Shown: positions 10,393-21,353, counted from the stretch's first letter. The stretch: 64,000 nt of DNA from an uncultured archaeon (GCA_964486045.1 CAZALK010000015.1:32001-96000), one strand, 5' to 3'. Numbers and translations: made by a program. The notes: generated by a model not told the origin, from the letters alone.

Positions 10393-13300
10393 TTAAGACC
10401 ATTTTCCATAATACTTGTTTCTTTTGCGTTTAGGTTTTTTATTGTCATTATTGTAGGTTGGTTTATCTCTTGTATTATTAATAACCTCTCTATTTCTGTC
10501 TTGAGCCAGTTTATTTTTTACCCATCGTCCACCTTTAATTACTAAAGCAGTTAGAGCAACTGAAATAAAAACCCCACCAATAGCTAGGGGCCACCCATTG
10601 ACCTTAATAGGTTTAATTGGATTAGGAATAGAACCTAGTTCCGATCTAGTATCATATTCAAACAGAAATAGTCCATTTGGATAAAATTTATCAACCAGAG
10701 TCGCTTTAAATGTATAATTTCCTTCAACAACATGATTATAAATTAAACTGAAGCGTGAGTAGTCGTCAAAATCCTCCCGAGTGAAATTCCTAAATTCTAA
10801 ATACTCGTCTTCGAGAGATATTTCCACCTCAACCGTAGCATTATATACAGGTGTAAAACCAGAAAAGAATTTCCTTGAAAAATTGACATATAATTCCGTG
10901 CTTTCATCGTTTTTTATAGGTAAAAATTCAGTATTTAGTTCAAAATTCGTTTGAAAAGAGACAGGATATTGACCTATAATCTTCGAATAATCGTAAATCA
11001 CTAATGTCCCCTCAACGACTGGAAAGAACGTAGGGTCTTCAGGCACCATGAAATTAATCTGGTATGAGCCATCGAATTGTTTTTCTAGGTTTAAAATCCC
11101 GAACTGTTCACTTTCAAAGGTCACAGAAGTTAATCGTCCGTATTCAGTGAAAATTAAGTTGCTAAATCGAGCGATGATTGAATTTACATTTCCTAGTTCA
11201 ACTGAATCCTTATAGCTGCATTGAATATATATATTATCGTTTCTTGCCATTTCAGATATCCAAAGAAAAATCTCTTGATCAATTTTTTTATAATCTGTAC
11301 TTAGATAAAATTCATTAAATTCCTCTGAATATAGCTTTCTGATTAAGTTACTAGTCTGGTTCACATCAAAATGAATGTTTAAGCCCAATATATCATTGAT
11401 CTTATAGCAGTAATATACATTTTGGATATTACTATAATCTACATTTTGGAGTATAAATTTTGTTATGTTATTTTTGTCTAGGGAGAACAGGTTAAGTGCT
11501 TTTAGGATGTATACCATATAATAATTATGTTCTAAAATTATTTCGGGAGCAGTTTCATCATGGGGGTTAAAATATACCATATCATTAAAAATGTGCATAT
11601 TACGAGCGATATATCCATATAACGCACCTTTATTAAATGATAAGTCAGCGGTATTTCCGAGATTAAGAAACTCAACAAGTAATTCTAAAGTTTTGATGGC
11701 ATAATAGCTATATTCAAAATGTATATTGTCATTTTGGAATTCAGGTGTTCCTCTAGTAAAAGTAGCAAGCGGTAAAAATGTTCCATACGTTTCAAAATTA
11801 TTATCTAGAAATTGTGAATCGACGATACTATCAACCAAGTCCATTAAATTATAATCGAGCGCAAAATCATCTAATTTAAATAATTTTTTTAGCGAGTCGA
11901 GTGCTTTGAAAGTGAATTTATGGTTAAAAAGATAATTATTTGTACTGTAGTATTCAATGGGGCGAGATCTAAAACTAATGTAACTCACATCCATATCTGT
12001 GCTTCCAGTAAATCCATACAAATTAAAATAGTCGTCTTCTTTGTATGACTTTTCGATTGTAGAATAAAGTCCTAGAACGTCGAGATCTGAAATCCTGTTA
12101 AATAAATCAAACGAATTTACTACAGTGTTTATTAAATCATTGGACATATAATCGATTGAAAGAAGGGAGTATCCGTTATATTGTTGAAATAAATCCATAG
12201 AGCTTGCTATCTGATCCCTTTCTTGTAAGGTTAATTGAGGGATTTCTCCAGATTCTTTTAAGCAGCGAATAATTTGAAAAGTATCAATTAATTCATGGTA
12301 ACTAACTGTAGTTGATTCATCCCATATACCCCATGAATTGCGATTATTTAGAATGAATGTAATAACATTATTTCGACTAATTGTTGTAAATCCTGTAATC
12401 TGAGAGAGATCCAATCCTATAGCTGTAGCTATTAAATTAGTAAAATCATTATTGGTAAAATGTAGTGACATCCTAAAAAAGTAAGACGTTTGTTCATACA
12501 AGGAATCAAGAAATTGATTAAAATTATCAGAGTTGATAGTATTTTCCATCCCAAATATCTCTAAACTTTTAATACAGTAGTAAGAAGATAATAAATTAGG
12601 TTCAAAAAGGGGTGGTATCAGAGTATCAAAACTTGTATCATTATCATTGTAAAATCCACCAAATTTCCAGTTGGCATTGTTTGTAATTTGTAGAGAATTA
12701 ATGTATTGAATTATCTCATTTTTTTCTTGGTTATACGCCACCCAACTCCCCATCAACAAATTTAAAGTTTTTACAGCAAAATAGGTATTGTCCATTGTTG
12801 AAACTTTTCGTTTACTGTATAGAAGTGAATCATAGGTCTGCCCAATAAATCCTGAACTTATTGGATTATAACAACTCCAGATAAAATTAATCGATTCTTG
12901 AACATCTATCAAATCTAATCTATTTAGGATATTTAACGATAAGATTGCATAACAGTTGATTTCCAAGACAGAAGTCAAAGAATAATAGGATGTTGAAAAA
13001 TCCGTTTCTAAATACCTCTTGGAATAATCATCCATAAATATATTTGAATTTTCATCATAATGGGACATAATATAATTCAGTATTTTCGTTTGGTTGATTA
13101 TATTCAGGTATCCGACAGCATCAAGAGTATATAGGGCATAATAAGTGGCTTGTAAGGAGACCTCATAAATTTGAGAAAAATAGCCTTGTGTTTGATATTC
13201 TAGAAGTTTCTCTCCAATAATCTCTTCGATTATCTCATAATTGCTTTTCGAGCTAGAAGTTAATGGTTGCGTGGTTAAATCAGCAAGGTTTTGGTTTTTT

Positions 13301-13416
13301 TGGTGAATTTCCTGATCCTTTTGAAGATAATTATTATTATCTACTTGAACTCGAAATATGGAAGAGATTATCAATAGAATTGTACAACCAATCAAAATTT
13401 TCTTATAGTTCTTCAT
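10393..13416 (-). CDS. Secreted/membrane-anchored prenyltransferase/squalene-cyclase-repeat (alpha/alpha toroid) protein
   Basis: Signal peptide; recurring 'TYYALYTL', 'NTYFAVKTL', 'SSYYCIKSL', 'YSYYAIKTL' helices with 'GGF/SGF' turns; C-terminal TM and basic tail. Confidence 0.7.
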   Translation of the reverse strand: MKNYKKILIGCTILLIISSIFRVQVDNNNYLQKDQEIHQKNQNLADLTTQPLTSSSKSNYEIIEEIIGEKLLEYQTQGYFSQIYEVSLQATYYALYTLDAVGYLNIINQTKILNYIMSHYDENSNIFMDDYSKRYLETDFSTSYYSLTSVLEINCYAILSLNILNRLDLIDVQESINFIWSCYNPISSGFIGQTYDSLLYSKRKVSTMDNTYFAVKTLNLLMGSWVAYNQEKNEIIQYINSLQITNNANWKFGGFYNDNDTSFDTLIPPLFEPNLLSSYYCIKSLEIFGMENTINSDNFNQFLDSLYEQTSYFFRMSLHFTNNDFTNLIATAIGLDLSQITGFTTISRNNVITFILNNRNSWGIWDESTTVSYHELIDTFQIIRCLKESGEIPQLTLQERDQIASSMDLFQQYNGYSLLSIDYMSNDLINTVVNSFDLFNRISDLDVLGLYSTIEKSYKEDDYFNLYGFTGSTDMDVSYISFRSRPIEYYSTNNYLFNHKFTFKALDSLKKLFKLDDFALDYNLMDLVDSIVDSQFLDNNFETYGTFLPLATFTRGTPEFQNDNIHFEYSYYAIKTLELLVEFLNLGNTADLSFNKGALYGYIARNMHIFNDMVYFNPHDETAPEIILEHNYYMVYILKALNLFSLDKNNITKFILQNVDYSNIQNVYYCYKINDILGLNIHFDVNQTSNLIRKLYSEEFNEFYLSTDYKKIDQEIFLWISEMARNDNIYIQCSYKDSVELGNVNSIIARFSNLIFTEYGRLTSVTFESEQFGILNLEKQFDGSYQINFMVPEDPTFFPVVEGTLVIYDYSKIIGQYPVSFQTNFELNTEFLPIKNDESTELYVNFSRKFFSGFTPVYNATVEVEISLEDEYLEFRNFTREDFDDYSRFSLIYNHVVEGNYTFKATLVDKFYPNGLFLFEYDTRSELGSIPNPIKPIKVNGWPLAIGGVFISVALTALVIKGGRWVKNKLAQDRNREVINNTRDKPTYNNDNKKPKRKRNKYYGKWS

Positions 13417-13481
13417 TGTTTTTTCATCATTTTATTAGTTTTATTTCATTAATTTCATAAACATATTTAAAAGAAAAATTA

Positions 13482-13829
13482 TCAAATAGCATCAAAAAGT
13501 CCGAGCACCCCAGCAGCTAACACTGCAACACCCCCCAACAAGAAACTAAAGCTAATAAGTAAGATACTAAGTAACAATAGAACTAACCAATGCCACGGTA
13601 TAGGATCATTGGGTTTAAACGCAGCTAACAACGTTAAAGAAGCAAAGAACATCCCCAGAACATAACCAAAAAATCCATTGAGTTGGACAAGTTGGTTGAA
13701 TAATGTGAATATATTATTAAAGGAGAATGCCATATAAGTTATTTGATAAGCGCCGTATACAAATCCACCAAAACCTCCTACGATTGTTAAGACTTTTATT
13801 ATCTTATTGTGTTTATAATATTTATCCAT
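13482..13829 (-). CDS. Small membrane protein
   Basis: 115 aa with 3-4 hydrophobic segments; SD-like GGAAGGTGG upstream on the minus strand. Confidence 0.7.
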   Translation of the reverse strand: MDKYYKHNKIIKVLTIVGGFGGFVYGAYQITYMAFSFNNIFTLFNQLVQLNGFFGYVLGMFFASLTLLAAFKPNDPIPWHWLVLLLLSILLISFSFLLGGVAVLAAGVLGLFDAI

Positions 13830-13848
13830 CTTGTACCACCTTCCTATT

Positions 13849-14472
13849 TCATTCTAATTGATAATCAATTATTTTTGCTTTCAAGAATGCCAATTTTTCT
13901 TCTAAAAGGTGCTTAGAGTTGTCATTTTCCGTAATTTTCTCTTTTAAATCATTTTTAGTGATTAACTTTTTAGCTCTTTCTGTAATTAGTTGAATGCGCT
14001 TATCTTCAAAATTAATAACTTCCTCTTTTAATTCTTGAAAATATGAGTGTGCTAAAGATTTCAAATCTTCAAAATTACTTATAATATTAATAATCTTCTG
14101 GAGATAATGTCCCTTGGTTAGTTCGTAAGATTCGGAGTCAATATGCCCTTTTTTTTTCTCTCTATTAAGATTTACAATAAATTGGTTATTTTGTTTTAAG
14201 AGTTTAGATAGATTGAATACATTATTCCAATTTTTTACTTGTGATATGACATTTCTATATTTTGCATCGTTTTCAGTAATAATTATTTTCAGAGCTTCAA
14301 ACTTGTGTTTAATCTTTGTGTGATCTTCAGATTTTAACAATTTTTCAATAGATTTTAATTTGGAATTCAGCCTTTTTCTAATTTTTCTCAGTCTATAAAT
14401 TTCAAATAATAGATCTAATTGATTTAAATGTTCAAATTTTTGAATGGGCTCATTTAATTTTATTTCGGTCAT
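13849..14472 (-). CDS. Coiled-coil hypothetical protein
   Basis: 207 aa, K/E/L-rich heptads; same strand as and directly upstream of 13482-13829. Confidence 0.7.
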   Translation of the reverse strand: MTEIKLNEPIQKFEHLNQLDLLFEIYRLRKIRKRLNSKLKSIEKLLKSEDHTKIKHKFEALKIIITENDAKYRNVISQVKNWNNVFNLSKLLKQNNQFIVNLNREKKKGHIDSESYELTKGHYLQKIINIISNFEDLKSLAHSYFQELKEEVINFEDKRIQLITERAKKLITKNDLKEKITENDNSKHLLEEKLAFLKAKIIDYQLE

Positions 14473-14766
14473 TTTTTCGTTTAAAAATATTTTAGTTGAA
14501 GCAGAAAAATTTCAGAGTATTTAAACAAAAAAATTGAGGTAGTTACATAACTTAGTGATAGGATTTAAATCTCTCAAATTTTCTTCCTTCATAAGGTCTA
14601 CTTAATTTTTAACAATCCATATCTTTCTTTCTTCATTTAACTTAGTATCTTTAACCATTGCTATTAGAAGACTCAATAAATTATATAATATAGCAATGTG
14701 ACAAAAAGGTTTAAATGAGAAAGTCGATTATAGAATTAATATAATTTATCTTCAGCGATAAAAATT

Positions 14767-17700
14767 ATGACAAAAATGCATTATAAGCTTAAAATCGTTG
14801 GCTCCATACTGCTATTCTTATTTATATTTAGCAGTGTTCCTCAATTTTTCTTACATGAAATTAATAATAATTCTATAAAGGGGGAAACCGACAAGAATTC
14901 AGAAGAATTAAAATTATCTGCGACATATTGGACGACAACTGAGGTAGTCTCCACCGAGAGTACAGATCCTTCTATGAACCCAACGATTACTGTGGATGGT
15001 AACGGGAACGTGCACGTGGCATGGCATGACTTAACGAATTATAGTGGTTCTGAAACGGATCAGGACATATTTTACAAGCAATGGAACTCCACTAGTAACA
15101 TGTGGACAACAACCGAGGTAATCTCCACCGAGAGTACTCTTGATTCTAAGGCTCCCACAATTGTAGTGGACAGTGTCGGGAACGTGTATGTTGCATGGTC
15201 TGATTTAACGAACTATAGTGATTCAGGAACGGATCGGGACATATTTTACAAGCAATGGAACGCCACTAACAGCATGTGGACAACAACCGAAGTGATCTCC
15301 ACCGAGAGTACAATTGATTCTGAGGCCCCCACCATTGGGGTGGACGTTACTGGGAATATACACATAGCGTGGTTTGATTTAACGAACTATAGCGGTTCGG
15401 AAACGGATCGGGACATATTTTATAAGCAATGGAATGCCACTAGCAGCACGTGGACAACAACCGAGGTGATTTCCACCGAGAGTACTGAAGATTCTTATAC
15501 TCCCACGATTGCGGTGGACGGTATCGGGAACGTGCATGTCGCATGGTATGATTATACGAACTATAGTGATTCGGGAACTGATTGGGACATATTTTACAAG
15601 CAATGGAACTCTACTAGCAGCATGTGGACCACGACCGAGGTAGTCTCTACCGAGAGTAATGGTGGTTCCTATTCCCCTACGATTGTGGTGGACAGTGTCG
15701 GGAATGCGCATGTTGTATGGGGTGATACGACGAATTATAGTGGGTCGGGAACGGAATATGACACATTTTACAAGCGATGGAACGCTACTAGCAGTATATG
15801 GACCATGACCGAGGTGGTATCTACCGAGAGCACGGGAAATTCTTATATGTCTACGATTATGATGGACGGTGCTGGGAATGCACATGTTACGTGGGACGAT
15901 TATACAGATTTTGCCGGAGCTGGATGGGATCGGGACATCTTTTACAAGCAATGGAACGCCACTAGCAGCACGTGGACAACAACCGAGGTGATCTCCACGG
16001 AGAGTATGGATGATTCTTATTTTTCTACGATCGCGGTGGACGGTACTGGGTATGTGCACGTCGCGTGGTGCGATCTAACATATTACGACGGGGCGGGATG
16101 GGATTATGACATATTTTATAAACGAATGAAACTCCTTCGCCAAATTACGATTAATTCCCCAAGTCAAAATGACCTTTTAGCAAGTGTAGCCCCAAATTTC
16201 AATATTACTGTAATAATTTCTAATTTAGATACTATGTGGTATACTTTAGATGGTGGGATAATCAATATAACATTTAGTGGATTAACTGGAACAATTGACC
16301 AAACAGAGTGGAATAAGAAAGGTGATGGCCCTGTTATAATTAGATTTTATGGAAATGATACTATTGGTTTTGAAGTGTATGATGAAGTGACTGTTATTAA
16401 AAGCGTTCCGATTCCTAGTATTATTTCCCCAGAAAATAAAACTTACACCGCTCCGATGAGTGGGTATTACCCTGCAACATTTGGATTTGAAAATGATTTA
16501 AATGGCACCATTCCGGAAGGTTGGTATCAAGTTTTAACATATGGGGGAAGTTCTGAAATCTTAAATGAATATACCAATCATTTTAAGGTAGTTTCTCTTT
16601 ATGATTATAATTCTACAGATCAGATAGATATTATTCACAATTTTACTCAACAAATTTCGGGAGACATCGAATTTTATTTTTACACTAATGATTCTTTTCA
16701 GAGGTTTCATATCTGTATTTCCGAAGATATAAGTGGACTTGTTGATGGTATTTATTTAGATGTTGTTGATGGTAAGGTTACATACAGAGTAGGGCCTGGA
16801 ATTGGTACATGGTATGACATAACTACGCTTTCAAATAACACATGGCACCACTTTTTAATTCAATTTGATTCCACACTTGATAAATTTTGGTTAACACTTG
16901 ATGGGGTAGTATATGGGGGTGTAGGTGGTTTTGATTATCGCATTCCTACTTCAAATTTAAAATCAATTATGTTCAGGAGTGGGACACCGGAATCAAATTT
17001 TAGGGTTTATCTTGATGCGATTAGTTTTTCATGGGATCCTAATTATAATGTTGGTGATAATTTAAATGAAGGTTTATTGCTAAGCTTTGAGAATACTACT
17101 ACACTTGATTGGATTAGCTATTCCTTAGATAATCAACCTAGTAGAACTATATTAGGAAATGCAACTGTTTCAATGCCGGAAGATGGAGTCCATACAATTC
17201 AAGTTTTTGGCAACGACTCAGTAGGAAATTTGTTTCAATCTAATGTGAGATATTTTTCAGTTGATACTAGATCACCACAAATAACTATTAAATCACCAAA
17301 CCAGATTGACTTTTTCGGAACTTTTGTACCCAGTTTTGAAATTGCTATCGTAGAACCTAATTTGAATACTATCTGGTACACACTAGACGATGGGTTGATA
17401 AACAAAACCTTTACCGGATTAAACGGAACAATCGACCAAACAGAATGGGATAAGAAAGGTCACGGAGCTGTAACTATAAGGTTTTATGCTAATGATTCCT
17501 TTGGGAGAGTTGGGTATACGGAAGTGGTTATTAATAAAGATTTAACTCCGCCAACATCTTTAGTTTCTTTCTTTCCCCATAGGGGAATAAATGAAGTAAA
17601 CACATCCACAACATATATTTTAACGGCTGATGATGGATTAGGATCTGGAGTTTCAATAATTAGGTACAAAATAAATAATTCTACTTGGGCGGATTACACT

Positions 17701-17922
17701 GGTCCTTTTGATTTATCTAGTTATGAATATGGATATTATTATATTTCCTACTACGCAATTGATTTAGTGAATAATATTGAAACTGACAATACTCTTTTAG
17801 TTTTATTGGTAAAATTACATAGTGAACAGGTCGTGCCAGGATATCATACGTTTCTGCTGATTGGTATAATATGTGTGGTTTCTGTAATTCTCATTAAAAA
17901 GCGTAATAAAAACAATCTATGA
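14767..17922 (+). CDS. Cell-surface glycoprotein: 7-blade beta-propeller repeats, Ig-like and LamG-like domains, Loki-CTERM-like anchor
   Basis: Signal peptide; seven 58-aa repeats (WTTTEVxSTES...GNVHVAW...DIFYKQWN); Ig-like 'WYTLDGG' repeats; ends VPGY-TM-KKRNK; many N-x-S/T sequons. Confidence 0.85.
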   Translation: MTKMHYKLKIVGSILLFLFIFSSVPQFFLHEINNNSIKGETDKNSEELKLSATYWTTTEVVSTESTDPSMNPTITVDGNGNVHVAWHDLTNYSGSETDQDIFYKQWNSTSNMWTTTEVISTESTLDSKAPTIVVDSVGNVYVAWSDLTNYSDSGTDRDIFYKQWNATNSMWTTTEVISTESTIDSEAPTIGVDVTGNIHIAWFDLTNYSGSETDRDIFYKQWNATSSTWTTTEVISTESTEDSYTPTIAVDGIGNVHVAWYDYTNYSDSGTDWDIFYKQWNSTSSMWTTTEVVSTESNGGSYSPTIVVDSVGNAHVVWGDTTNYSGSGTEYDTFYKRWNATSSIWTMTEVVSTESTGNSYMSTIMMDGAGNAHVTWDDYTDFAGAGWDRDIFYKQWNATSSTWTTTEVISTESMDDSYFSTIAVDGTGYVHVAWCDLTYYDGAGWDYDIFYKRMKLLRQITINSPSQNDLLASVAPNFNITVIISNLDTMWYTLDGGIINITFSGLTGTIDQTEWNKKGDGPVIIRFYGNDTIGFEVYDEVTVIKSVPIPSIISPENKTYTAPMSGYYPATFGFENDLNGTIPEGWYQVLTYGGSSEILNEYTNHFKVVSLYDYNSTDQIDIIHNFTQQISGDIEFYFYTNDSFQRFHICISEDISGLVDGIYLDVVDGKVTYRVGPGIGTWYDITTLSNNTWHHFLIQFDSTLDKFWLTLDGVVYGGVGGFDYRIPTSNLKSIMFRSGTPESNFRVYLDAISFSWDPNYNVGDNLNEGLLLSFENTTTLDWISYSLDNQPSRTILGNATVSMPEDGVHTIQVFGNDSVGNLFQSNVRYFSVDTRSPQITIKSPNQIDFFGTFVPSFEIAIVEPNLNTIWYTLDDGLINKTFTGLNGTIDQTEWDKKGHGAVTIRFYANDSFGRVGYTEVVINKDLTPPTSLVSFFPHRGINEVNTSTTYILTADDGLGSGVSIIRYKINNSTWADYTGPFDLSSYEYGYYYISYYAIDLVNNIETDNTLLVLLVKLHSEQVVPGYHTFLLIGIICVVSVILIKKRNKNNL
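14929..16125 (+). repeat. Seven intragenic tandem repeats, 174-nt period
   Basis: The tgg-acN-...-gagGT-tcNacNgagag unit recurs at 14929, 15103, 15277, 15451, 15625, 15799 and 15973. Confidence 0.92.
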
Positions 17923-18068
17923 TTTTTTTTATATCTCATTTCTTTATATTAAAAAAAAGAAGAGGGAGAAAATTTTTATATAAAAATGGAAATGATTAAT
18001 TAAGTTAAGACAAAAAATTTAGAAAATTCATTTAAAATTTACTAAAAGATAAAAATAAGAGAAAGAAA

Positions 18069-20687
18069 ATGACAAAGACGAGTTGTAAAATACTTAAATC
18101 AATTTTATTATTCATAATGATAATTGGTTCTTATCAAGGCTTGATATTTTCTGAAACTAACAAGAATTCATCGAGGAGCGAGACTATCAATAATTTAGAC
18201 GACTTTGCACAAGACTTAGCTACTTCAACTACAAATTGGGCGACCACAGAAATCCTCTCAAATAGTAGTATAGTAGATTCTTATATACCGGCTGTTGCAT
18301 CAGATGGTGCAGGAAACATTCATGTGACATGGTATGATTGGACAAATAATTATAGTGTATTATACAAGTTTAAGAATGCTACAACTGGAGCATGGGCTGT
18401 AACTGAACTAGTCTCAACAGAGACCATAGATGACTCTTATAGACCTACAATTGCAGTGGATAATGTTGGGAATGTCCATATTGCATGGGAGGATAAAACA
18501 GATTATAATGGTTCTGGAACTGATACTGATATATTTTACAAGTTTAAGAATGCTACTACGGGAATATGGACTAATACTGAAGTAGTATCCACCGAAAGTA
18601 CAGGAGGTGGTGGTTCTTGGTGTCCAGCAATCGCTATCGACGGTATTGGGAATATTCATGTAACATGGTACGATTACACATATCTAGGACCAGGAGCGGG
18701 GCCAGACATATTTTATAAGTTTAAGAACGTCACTACAATGGCATGGACAACAACTGAGGAGATTTCTAACGAGAATTACGGTATTTCTTTGCAGCCGGTG
18801 ATTGTAGCGGATGGTATTGGGAATGTTCATATTGCATGGTTTAACGGCTCTGGTGGGGATATGGGGGATGTGTATTACATATTTAAGAACGCTTCCACAG
18901 GTTTATGGACTACTGTTGAAGAGGTTTCTGCCGAAAGTACAAATGACTCCTCATTACCAACGATTGCATTGGATGGTGTTGGTAATATCCATCTTGCATG
19001 GGAAGATTACACGAATTATAGTGGTTCTGGAACGGATGCTGATATATTTTACAAGTTTAAGAATGCTACCACAGGAACATGGACTAACACTGAAGTAGTA
19101 TCTACCGAAAGCACGGGTGGTTCTAGAGCTCCCGCTATCGCTATAGACAATCTCGGGAACATTCATGTGGGATGGATGGACAACATGTTTTATGATGGTC
19201 ATTTCGGAGCGAATATATTTTACAAGCTTAAGAATAACTTTACTAAAACGTGGACGAAAACCGAGGTAGTCACCACGGAGGGCCCAGATGCTTCTGTTAA
19301 TCCTACTATCACTGTGAATGGTGATCGGAATATTCATATAGTGTGGATGGATAACCTTAATTATTCTGGCGCGGGAACAGACTGGGATATATTTTACAAG
19401 TATTATGAAATGGATTTAACTCCACCAAGCTTAACCGATATACAGGTGAGTAGTGATCCATTATTCTTAAATGGAACCCAAACAATCACATGCAACGTTT
19501 CTGATCCATCTGGGATTTTTAGTATTACTGCTTATATTGAACACCCAGATGAAATTATCATAGCTACAATGGTATTATATGATGATGGACTAAATGGCGA
19601 TGGAAATTTCAATGATGGTATTTATGGAAATATATGGGATTCTAATGGTGTTGCTCTCGGGACATATTTCGTTGATATTCTTGCGTTAGACAATAGTTCA
19701 TTTCAAAATAAGGAACTCATTAACAACGGAGTTAGCTTTATAATAGAAGAAGGACCTCCAATAATCACGATCAATTCTCCTACACCAAGTGCAGTATTTG
19801 GAAATGATGCTCCATCTTATAATGTTTCCATACCTGGGCTCTATCATTCGATGTGGTATACGTTAGATGATGGAGTTACAAATATAACTACAAGTGGACT
19901 AATTGGTATCATAAATCAAACTGAATGGGATAAAGAAGGAGATGGAAATGTTACCATCACATTTTATGCAAACAACACCTTTGGTAAAATTGGTTTTAAT
20001 TCAGTAAAGGTAATAGTAGATAAAAATATCCCCATAATCGATATAAATTCGCCAACAACTAACCAGTTGTTTGAGAATAATATTCCAAGCCCAACATTCA
20101 ATATATGGATTAACGAGACTAATCTAGTAGAAATGTGGTATACATTAAACTCAGAATCATTTAAATATTTCTTTTTAACAAATTCATCAATAAATCAGAA
20201 TGCTTGGAACACTTTGTCAGATGGTACGGTAACAATTAGATTTTATGCAAATGATTCATTAGGAAATATAGGATTTGCAGAAGTAACAATCGGTAAAGAT
20301 ATTAGCGCCCCAATAATAACCATCAATAATCCACAAAATGGTGATATTAATGGAGCTACAGCACCCAATTTTAATATATCTATTATTGAACCATTTTTAG
20401 CTAAAACTTGGTATTCATTAAATGGAGGGAACAACATTACTTTTATGGGGCTAACTGGGACAATAAATCAAGCTTTATGGGATGCTTTATCAGAAGGAAA
20501 CGTTATAATTAGATTTTATGCTAACGATACTTTAGGAAGAATAAGCTTCACTGAAGTTGCTGTTGTAAGGATAATTTCTCAATCAAATCTTCCTGGGATT
20601 CCTGGATACAATATATTATTAATTATTGGAATTGTTTCGACTATAACCGTAATAATCATCAAAAAAAGACTAAATCATATAGGTTAA
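18069..20687 (+). CDS. Cell-surface glycoprotein paralog: beta-propeller repeats, Ig-like domains, Loki-CTERM-like anchor
   Basis: About seven more diverged 'GNIHxxW...DIFYKFKNATT' repeats; 'LYDDGLNGD...NDGIYG' Ca-binding-like motif; three Ig-like repeats; ends IPGYNILLIIG...KKR. Confidence 0.85.
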   Translation: MTKTSCKILKSILLFIMIIGSYQGLIFSETNKNSSRSETINNLDDFAQDLATSTTNWATTEILSNSSIVDSYIPAVASDGAGNIHVTWYDWTNNYSVLYKFKNATTGAWAVTELVSTETIDDSYRPTIAVDNVGNVHIAWEDKTDYNGSGTDTDIFYKFKNATTGIWTNTEVVSTESTGGGGSWCPAIAIDGIGNIHVTWYDYTYLGPGAGPDIFYKFKNVTTMAWTTTEEISNENYGISLQPVIVADGIGNVHIAWFNGSGGDMGDVYYIFKNASTGLWTTVEEVSAESTNDSSLPTIALDGVGNIHLAWEDYTNYSGSGTDADIFYKFKNATTGTWTNTEVVSTESTGGSRAPAIAIDNLGNIHVGWMDNMFYDGHFGANIFYKLKNNFTKTWTKTEVVTTEGPDASVNPTITVNGDRNIHIVWMDNLNYSGAGTDWDIFYKYYEMDLTPPSLTDIQVSSDPLFLNGTQTITCNVSDPSGIFSITAYIEHPDEIIIATMVLYDDGLNGDGNFNDGIYGNIWDSNGVALGTYFVDILALDNSSFQNKELINNGVSFIIEEGPPIITINSPTPSAVFGNDAPSYNVSIPGLYHSMWYTLDDGVTNITTSGLIGIINQTEWDKEGDGNVTITFYANNTFGKIGFNSVKVIVDKNIPIIDINSPTTNQLFENNIPSPTFNIWINETNLVEMWYTLNSESFKYFFLTNSSINQNAWNTLSDGTVTIRFYANDSLGNIGFAEVTIGKDISAPIITINNPQNGDINGATAPNFNISIIEPFLAKTWYSLNGGNNITFMGLTGTINQALWDALSEGNVIIRFYANDTLGRISFTEVAVVRIISQSNLPGIPGYNILLIIGIVSTITVIIIKKRLNHIG

Positions 20688-20947
20688 AATTTTTAGATTT
20701 AACTTTCATTTTATTAATTTTATATTTAAATACTTAATTAATTTGCTCCCAAGTGAAGAAAAACATAAAGATTCTTGATTCTTGAGCACTTACCTAATTT
20801 AAATTGGTGGAGAAAAATTTTGAAAGTAAACGAGTCAGGTTGAACAAGCTAAAAAAGTCTCATTGAACACTCTTTAAATAAGATCCACAATATACCACAT
20901 TATATTAATTTTTTCCTTCATATATATTATGTTATCGGGAAAAAACC

Positions 20948-21037
20948 GTTCCAGGATATAAAGTATTTCTGCTGATTAGTACAATTTGTGTTGTTTTTGT
21001 AATTCTTATTAAAAAACGAAATAAAAATAAAGTTTAA
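20948..21037 (+). pseudogene. Orphan 3'-end copy (Loki-CTERM tail) of the 14767-17922 gene
   Basis: Reads VPGYKVFLLISTICVVFVILIKKRNKNKV* versus VPGYHTFLLIGIICVVSVILIKKRNKNNL* at 17833-17922. Same 90-nt length; downstream 'tttctttatatt' is also shared. Confidence 0.85.
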
Positions 21038-21353
21038 TATTTTTAATTTATCGTTTCTTTATATTCTCGAAAAATTTAGCAGGGATATTACTTAAATTAC
21101 CAGCATAATGGAGTTTTCCATCCTGCTAATTCTGCTTGCTATTAAATAGTCATTTTTAGGTTGTGGTAAAGTAGGAAAAACATATCTGGAGTCCTTTATT
21201 CTATTTTAATAGGAGTTAGGATTCATACCCAACACAACCCAGATCGAATCAACTAGCTATCAATTAATTTTGGATCCATCCAAAAATTGTGAATTTTTTA
21301 TTTATAAAAGGAAAATTTAATTCCTCTTCAAAATTAAACGATTATTGTAACTT

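Noticed and set aside
15379-16059. 226-aa antisense ORF (also 18414-18659 and 18954-19337)
   Set aside because: These are shadows of the repetitive plus-strand surface genes.
14929-19410. Diversity-generating retroelement or CRISPR explanation for the repeats
   Set aside because: The repeats are in-frame coding units without unique spacers, the differences are not confined to adenines, and no reverse transcriptase or cas gene is in the window.
21076-21129. TTAGCAGG...CCTGCTAA inverted repeat as a MITE or attC site
   Set aside because: The arms are only 8 bp, it is single-copy, and no target-site duplication or attC R/L boxes are evident.
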